Assembly: GCA_963842945.1 (NCBI GenBank)
Contig: CAWJIM010000007.1
Span: 1 to 23,435, forward strand
Direction of reading: 5' to 3'
Length of the DNA stretch: 23,435 bases
Source of the DNA: an uncultured Gemmatimonadales bacterium
Lineage (GTDB): Bacteria > Gemmatimonadota > Gemmatimonadetes > Gemmatimonadales > GWC2-71-9
Of this stretch, positions 17,881 to 23,435 are shown piece after piece (positions within the stretch are counted from its first letter, which is position 1; each line of letters opens with the position of its first letter). Made by a program: the position numbers and the translations under genes. The notes below the pieces were generated by a model, which ran no database searches, was not told where the DNA came from, and saw only the letters and a list, made by a program, of their open reading frames with translations.

Positions 17881-17896
17881 CTGGTAGAACTGACAG
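17881..17896 (+). promoter_or_regulatory. Palindromic activator box 7 (CTGGTAG-AA-CTGACAG-TTTC) with -10 CATAGT at 17921-17926
   Basis: Consensus match; 24-nt spacer; upstream of the 17955 operon. Confidence 0.75.
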
Positions 17897-17954
17897 TTTC
17901 GGGCGGACCCGGGAACTCCGCATAGTGATTCAGTCTGCCACCTAAGGAGGCCGC

Positions 17955-18461
17955 ATGAGGATGGCCCACCCAGTCTGGCTCGGCGCACTCGCCCTGAGCG
18001 GACTGCTCAACGCACGGCCTGCTCAGGCCCAGGGCGGCCAGCCCACCAACGTACAGGATCAGATCGAGCTCACCCGGGCCAACATCCAGGAGCAGCGGCA
18101 GCAGATCGTGCAGCAGATCATGGAGCTGACGCCGGCCCAGAGTGACAAGTTCTGGCCGGTCTACCGAGATTTTCGCAACGAGATCGCCCGGGTGAGCGAC
18201 CAGCGGGTCGAGCTGATCGACCAGTTCGCGAAGCAGGCTGCAACCATGTCCGATGAGCAGTCGGAGAAGCTGCTCCATCAATGGTTCAGCCTGCGGGAAC
18301 AGCAGATCAACGTGCAGAAGAAATACGCCGGGAAGTTCCGCAAGGTTCTGCCGGGTGCCAAGGTGGTCCGCTTCTACCAGACCGAAAACCTGCTCGACAC
18401 GATCGTCAGCGCCAACATTCAGGCTTCCATGCCGGTGGCGGGGGACAGTGTCACACAGTGA
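17955..18461 (+). CDS. Secreted all-helical hypothetical protein (Spy/CpxP-like), paralog B
   Basis: TAAGGAGG RBS; signal peptide ending AQA-Q; 168 aa; paralog of 3351..3854. Confidence 0.88.
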   Translation: MRMAHPVWLGALALSGLLNARPAQAQGGQPTNVQDQIELTRANIQEQRQQIVQQIMELTPAQSDKFWPVYRDFRNEIARVSDQRVELIDQFAKQAATMSDEQSEKLLHQWFSLREQQINVQKKYAGKFRKVLPGAKVVRFYQTENLLDTIVSANIQASMPVAGDSVTQ

Positions 18462-18471
18462 GACGGAACGA

Positions 18472-19479
18472 GTGAACGAGGGAACGACGGAACGAGGGAA
18501 GTCCAGCTCTCAAACTCCCGGAGTGGCGCCACCTGCGGATATGATCTGGATCCCCGGCGGCACCTTTGCCATGGGGTCGGAGAAGCATTATCCGGAAGAG
18601 CGCCCGGTACACCGGGTGACGGTGGACGGGTTCTGGCTCGACCAGTACCCAGTCACCAACGAGCGCTTCGCCCGCTTCGTGGCGGAAACCGGACATGTCA
18701 CCTTTGCGGAGATCTCTCCTGATCCGGCCGATTACCCGGGCGCGTTGCCGCACATGCTGTACGCCGGGAGTCTGGTGTTCTTCCAACCGGAGGGCCCGGT
18801 CAGCCGGCGCGAGATCGGAAACTGGTGGCGGTTCGAGCGGGGCGCCGATTGGCGCCATCCGTATGGACCCGACAGCTCGATCGAGGGCCTCGAGCAGCAC
18901 CCGGTGGTTCACGTGGCGTTCAGCGATGCGGAGGCGTTCGCCCGGTGGGAAGGCAAGAGCCTCCCCACCGAGGCCGAGTGGGAGTTCGCCGCGCGGGGTG
19001 GCCTGGCGGCCATGCCGTATGCCTGGGGGCACGAGTTCATCCCCGAAAACCGGTTCATGGCCAACACTTGGCAGGGGGAGTTTCCCTGCCAGAACCTAGT
19101 GGAAGACGGCTACGAGCGCACCTCGCCGGTGGACGCTTTTCCGGCCAACGGCTACGGCCTCCACGACATGATCGGGAACGTGTGGGAGTGGACCACAGAC
19201 TGGTACGTACCCCGTCACCCGGGGGATGCGGCCAAGGCGTGTTGCGTCCCTACCAATCCCCGTGGCGCGCAGGAGAGTGAGAGCTACGACCCCGCGCAGC
19301 CCGAGATCCGCATTCCCCGCAAGGTCCTGAAGGGCGGATCGCACCTATGCGCGCCCAACTATTGCCGCCGCTATCGGCCGGCTGCCCGGTTCCCGGAGCC
19401 GATCGACACCTCTACCTGTCACGTTGGTTTCCGCTGCATCGTCCGGGCGGAAACCGGCCTAATTTCCATTCTAGGCTGA
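18472..19479 (+). CDS. Formylglycine-generating enzyme (SUMF1/FGE, sulfatase-modifying factor)
   Basis: IPGGTFAMGS, HPVVHV, LPTEAEWEFAARGG, NGYGLHDMIGNVWEW, KGGSHLCAPNYCRRYRPAAR (both catalytic Cys) and GFRC motifs. Start is GTG 18472 or ATG 18541. Confidence 0.94.
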   Translation: MNEGTTERGKSSSQTPGVAPPADMIWIPGGTFAMGSEKHYPEERPVHRVTVDGFWLDQYPVTNERFARFVAETGHVTFAEISPDPADYPGALPHMLYAGSLVFFQPEGPVSRREIGNWWRFERGADWRHPYGPDSSIEGLEQHPVVHVAFSDAEAFARWEGKSLPTEAEWEFAARGGLAAMPYAWGHEFIPENRFMANTWQGEFPCQNLVEDGYERTSPVDAFPANGYGLHDMIGNVWEWTTDWYVPRHPGDAAKACCVPTNPRGAQESESYDPAQPEIRIPRKVLKGGSHLCAPNYCRRYRPAARFPEPIDTSTCHVGFRCIVRAETGLISILG

Positions 19480-20930
19480 TGCGATCCCCTCTCCTTCTGA
19501 TTGCACTCTGGGCGGTTGCTCCCACTGCAGTCAGCCAGGCTCAGGAGGCGGCATCGGTCGCCCTCAGCACCCAGAGCCAGGCGCTCACCCAGGACTGGGC
19601 CACTCCGCTCGGCCGGCATCTAGCCTGTCCCGACTGCAACCCCCCGAAGCGGTTCTGGGCCGGCGCCTGGGAACTGATGGCGGTGCAGTTCGTCCCCTGG
19701 GCATTCACCAAATGGGTCACCGAAGGTGAGTGGTCGAACATTTCGTTCCGCACCTGGGCCGACAACATCAAGTTTCCCTGGCAGTGGGACAACAACAAGT
19801 TCAACAACAACCAGTTCGCCCACCCGTATCACGGCAGCCTCTACTTCAACGCCGGCCGAACCAACGGCTACAACTTTTGGCAGTCCGCGCCGTGGGCTTT
19901 CGCCGGTAGTCTGATGTGGGAGCTCTTCGGCGAGGTCTGGGCCCCTTCCCCCAACGATCTGGCCAACACCACCCTGGGCGGAATCACCCTGGGCGAAATG
20001 TTGTTCCGTTTTTCGTCGCTCACGCTGAAGAACGAGGCGACGGGCTCCAACCGGATCGTGCGCGAGGTGGGCGCGGGATTGATCAACCCGGTCCGGGGAT
20101 TCAACCGGTTGATCCGCGGCGAAGCCGGCCGCATCTCAGAGACCCCGCCCGATTGGCGCCCCACCCGAATCCAGGCTTCGATGGACGTTGGCTATCGCCG
20201 ATTCTCGACCTCGGCATCGCTGGATGACCCGGGCGCGCTCGATCAATCATTCGTCCAGTTTTCCGTCTTCTACGGCGATCAGTTCGGCGACCTGGGGAAG
20301 GAGCCGTTCTCCGCCTTTCAGGTCTTCGGCACCCTGGCCAGCCACTCCAGCAACGAGAAGCCGCTGCAGGAGCTCCGGGTGCGGGGCAACCTGGCCGCCA
20401 AGCCGGTGGGATCCGATGGGAACAAGCTGCTCGCCGGCTTCATGACCTACGAATACCTCCAAAATCCAGTGGTGGACTTTGGCGCGCAGGGCTTTCAGGG
20501 AGGGCTACTGGTCTCCCGCTCGAAGCCCGGCAAGTCCATGCAGCTGTACGGCGAGGCGATGGCCCGGGTGAACCCGATCGCGGCAATCCGGTCGGACTAC
20601 TTCGTCACGGCCGAGGGGCGGGACTACGACTACGGAATCGGATTGGGTGGCCGGGTGGAAGGGCGGGCCCTGTGGCCGGGGAAAGCCACGGTCCGTCTCA
20701 ACGCCGGGTATATATGGCTGCCGGTCGTAAGTGGTTTCCCCGGAAATCACCAGCTCTGGACCCTGAGCACAGAGGCCCGGGGTTACTACCGTGGCAAGTA
20801 CGGAGCGGGGCTGATGTACCAGCGGCTGTGGAAGAACAGCAACTACACCTTTAACCCCGATGTGAACCAAGACATGTCCGAGGTGCGCGTCTTCCTTTCC
20901 CTCGCCATGCCGAGATGGGAGGAGCAATGA
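19479..20930 (+). CDS. DUF3943 domain-containing outer membrane protein
   Basis: TGATG coupling to the FGE gene; signal peptide; WQWDNNKFNNNQFAHPYHGSLYFNAGRTNG...SLMWELFGE...PSPNDL motif; beta-strand-rich C-terminal half. Confidence 0.85.
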   Translation: MRSPLLLIALWAVAPTAVSQAQEAASVALSTQSQALTQDWATPLGRHLACPDCNPPKRFWAGAWELMAVQFVPWAFTKWVTEGEWSNISFRTWADNIKFPWQWDNNKFNNNQFAHPYHGSLYFNAGRTNGYNFWQSAPWAFAGSLMWELFGEVWAPSPNDLANTTLGGITLGEMLFRFSSLTLKNEATGSNRIVREVGAGLINPVRGFNRLIRGEAGRISETPPDWRPTRIQASMDVGYRRFSTSASLDDPGALDQSFVQFSVFYGDQFGDLGKEPFSAFQVFGTLASHSSNEKPLQELRVRGNLAAKPVGSDGNKLLAGFMTYEYLQNPVVDFGAQGFQGGLLVSRSKPGKSMQLYGEAMARVNPIAAIRSDYFVTAEGRDYDYGIGLGGRVEGRALWPGKATVRLNAGYIWLPVVSGFPGNHQLWTLSTEARGYYRGKYGAGLMYQRLWKNSNYTFNPDVNQDMSEVRVFLSLAMPRWEEQ

Positions 20931-21337
20931 GGAGCCGACGAGTGCGGAGCGGGCTGGCTGTGTGTGGCCTGGCGCTGGTGCTGGGATGCCAGGACTCGAT
21001 CGTTCGGCTGCTCGGTCCGGAGAACGATCCCCAGACCGTCATCACCCCCCAAGAGTTCCGGTTTTCCGCGACGGATCTGAGGAACGTGAATGACCGGGAG
21101 ACCTGGACCTGGCCCAACTCGGCGCCCCAGGCCTCCCTTCATCACAGCAGCTTCCTGCATCACGGCTACGGCATACTCGTCGTTCTGGACGCCGTGGGTC
21201 AGGTGGTCGACTCGACCTTGCTCGAGTACAACCTGGACACCGAAACCCGACCGGGAACTCCCGGGAACTGGACGCTCATCCTGGTCCTTGCCTCTGCACG
21301 CGGCCGCGCCGCCTTCGAGATGACTCCGAAGCCGTGA
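20927..21337 (+). CDS. Hypothetical lipoprotein
   Basis: ATGA overlap with the previous gene; GGAGGAG RBS; MRSRRVRSGLAVCGLALVLG-C lipobox; beta-rich mature domain. Confidence 0.8.
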   Translation: MRSRRVRSGLAVCGLALVLGCQDSIVRLLGPENDPQTVITPQEFRFSATDLRNVNDRETWTWPNSAPQASLHHSSFLHHGYGILVVLDAVGQVVDSTLLEYNLDTETRPGTPGNWTLILVLASARGRAAFEMTPKP

Positions 21338-21362
21338 GACCGCGGGAAGGAGTGACCTGAGC

Positions 21363-22220
21363 ATGGCAACCCTGCTCCCGCTCCTGCTCAAGACCAGCCT
21401 CGCGCTGCTGGTCTTCTCCCTGGGTCTTGGCGCCACACTGCAGGACACTACCCATCTCTTCCGCCGCCCCGGCCAGCTGGCTCGGGCGCTGGTGTCGATG
21501 TTCGTGGTCATGCCGGTCTCATCGCTGATCCTGGTCCGCGCAGTCGACCCGCCCGCGGCGGTAAAGATTGCGCTGGTAGCCCTGGCGCTCTCGCCCCTGC
21601 CTCCGACCTTCCCCCGAAAGGCCCTCAAACAAGGCGGAAGACTTTCCTACGTAGCTGGGCTCCTGGTCGCGGCGACACTGCTGGCGGTGCTGCTCATCCC
21701 CCTGTCGCTCGAGCTGATCGAGCGCAACCGGGACATGCCCCTGCAGATGCGGCCCGCCGCCGTGCTGGGGCTGGTTTTCTGGTCGCTCCTGCTGCCGCTG
21801 GGGGTCGGAATCGTGGTTCGGAAGATGGCTCCGGCATTCGCCGAGCGAGCCGCCGGCCCGATCACCTCGATCGCGTTTGCGGTTCTTGTTCTGGGTGTGA
21901 TCCCGATTCTGATCCGGGTATGGCCCGCGCTGGTGAGCCTGATAGGAAACGGGACGCTGCTGGCGATGGTCCTGCTCGTTCTGGTGGGTCTCGCGGCGGG
22001 GCATATCCTGGGCGGACCGGCTCCGGAGGACCGTACCGTCCTGGCGCTCTCCACCGCCACCCGTCACCCCGCCATTGCCATCGCGATCGCGCAGGCCAAC
22101 TTCCCGGACCAGAAGTTGGCCCCCGCTGCCATCCTGCTCTATGTGCTCGTCAGCGTGATCGCCTCGTTGCCCTATCTCAAGTGGAGCAAACGGCATCACG
22201 TCGCCGCCGGCAGTGGCTAG
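21363..22220 (+). CDS. Bile acid:sodium symporter (BASS/SBF) family transporter
   Basis: AAGGAG RBS; about 9 TM segments; FSLGLG...LFRRPGQLARAL, LALSPLPP and LALSTATRHPAIAIAIA motifs. Confidence 0.88.
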   Translation: MATLLPLLLKTSLALLVFSLGLGATLQDTTHLFRRPGQLARALVSMFVVMPVSSLILVRAVDPPAAVKIALVALALSPLPPTFPRKALKQGGRLSYVAGLLVAATLLAVLLIPLSLELIERNRDMPLQMRPAAVLGLVFWSLLLPLGVGIVVRKMAPAFAERAAGPITSIAFAVLVLGVIPILIRVWPALVSLIGNGTLLAMVLLVLVGLAAGHILGGPAPEDRTVLALSTATRHPAIAIAIAQANFPDQKLAPAAILLYVLVSVIASLPYLKWSKRHHVAAGSG

Positions 22221-23435
22221 GTCCTGACCACCGGACCTGAATTCCCGCCCGCATTGCCATCGCCGGCCGATGGCTCGGAGGTTGGAGCCGGAGCCGGGAA
22301 CCACTGCCCTCGGGGCACGACCTTGGGCTGCTCGGGATCTCCCTCGTAGGCCGGCACCATGACCTGCACGCCGTGCTCGTTGAACAAATCCAGGATATTC
22401 GAATGTAGTGCGCTGTAGAGCCGCATCATCGACTTGGCATTGTCGGTATAAGCATTGATCTCGTACAGCACGCCGAACTCACCCAACGATTTCTGCAGGA
22501 CGAACGGCTCTGGCTGGCGGAAAAGCCCTCGCGTGCGCGCGGCAGCCTCGAGCAATATCGCTTCCACCTGACGCCAGGGAGTGCCGTAGCCGATCCTCAC
22601 GGTCGTATGCAGGATCAGTCCCGGATCCGGCGCCAGGGTGCTGTAGTTCACCACCTCCCGGTTCAGGATCAGCGAGTTGGGGATGACGATCTCCTCGTTC
22701 TTGGGAGAGCGAAGATAGGTCGTCAGCAAACGGACTTGCGCTACGTCCCCGAGGTGCTCGCCCACCTTCACCCGGTCTCCCACCCTGAATGCGCGGCGGA
22801 AGGCCAGGGTCTGGCCCGCCACCAGATTGCTGATCACCGACGGTGATCCCAGGGAGAAGATGAGACCGAGGAGGAGCGTGATGCCCTTGAACGCCTCGGA
22901 TCCCGAACCGGGGATGTAGGGATACGCGATGACCAGCGCAAAGGCGAACGTCAGCAGCCGAACAATTCTCTCGGTGGGCAGTGCCCAATCGGAATCGAAG
23001 CCGGGAATCGAAATCGATCCCTTGCCCACCCGCTCGAAGAACAGCCGGATCGCCTGCAGGACGTAGCGGGTGAGTACCACCAGGATGATCAGGAAGAACA
23101 GGTTGGGCAGAAAGCTCACTGCGCCCGCGCCGAATATTACCAGCGGTCCCAGCAGCCACTCCCTGAGCCTGATGCCGATTCCCCGGGTCCGGGGAAAAGA
23201 CGGAGGACATAGGAGACAACCGCGTAGCTGGCCAGCACCACGAGCAGGGCGGCGGTGACATCGATTATCCGGTGCAGCCCCCGCCAGAGCTGCTCCCGGC
23301 GGACAATGGGAATCGCCCGGAAGTGCAGGTCACCGATATCCGGCTGCCACCGACCGTCGAGTGTCCTTCGAAGCCAGCGAAAGACCTGGCGTCCCAGCCA
23401 GAGCACCAGCAGCAGTGCCAGGATTGCCGCCGCGG
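22217..23435 (-). CDS. mscS: MscS family mechanosensitive channel, 5'-truncated by the window edge; 1-base deletion at about 23190
   Basis: SNLVAG...RAFRVGDRVKVGEHLGDV...IVIPNSLI...VVNYS and IGYGTPWRQVE motifs. Adding one base (CCC[T]GG) restores ...LRLFPWTRGIGIRLREWLLGPL...SFLPNLFF. Confidence 0.9.

Noticed and set aside
4280..17896. Repeated palindromes as CRISPR repeats, attC/REP elements or IS ends
   Set aside because: They are only 16-20 bp, dispersed and degenerate, and always in promoter position. There is no cas, integrase or transposase gene and no target-site duplication.
18253..18471. N-terminal extension of the FGE given in the ORF track
   Set aside because: It overlaps the paralog B gene out of frame; the FGE domain begins after 18472.
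19347..19478. N-terminal extension of the DUF3943 ORF
   Set aside because: It overlaps the FGE catalytic region; ATG 19479 is TGATG-coupled and begins a clean signal peptide.
1560..23198. Programmed frameshifting or phase variation at the three indels
   Set aside because: No slippery heptamers or long simple-sequence tracts; three unrelated genes are each hit once, which fits assembly error better.

Overview
High-GC bacterial chromosomal segment (protein style suggests Gemmatimonadota; this is inference) with about 24 protein-coding genes and no RNA genes, CRISPR array or mobile element that I can see. It is a cell-envelope/stress gene island. It holds a 4-gene DyP-peroxidase unit, a cytoplasmic Cys-type arylsulfatase with its formylglycine-generating enzyme 7.5 kb away, about seven outer-membrane beta-barrel proteins, several lipoproteins, HdeD, DUF1622, a BASS symporter, MscS, and an inverted duplicate pair of secreted helical proteins. 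The main hidden signal is a 16-bp 7-2-7 palindrome (consensus CTGTYAG-AA-CTRMCAG, usually followed by TTTC) found seven times, all intergenic. Each copy lies 23-24 nt before a -10-like hexamer, which is lux-box-like class II activator geometry. This suggests nearly all transcription units from 2.7 to 22.2 kb form one regulon whose regulator is not encoded in the window. Three genes have single-base frameshifts that are probably sequencing errors.
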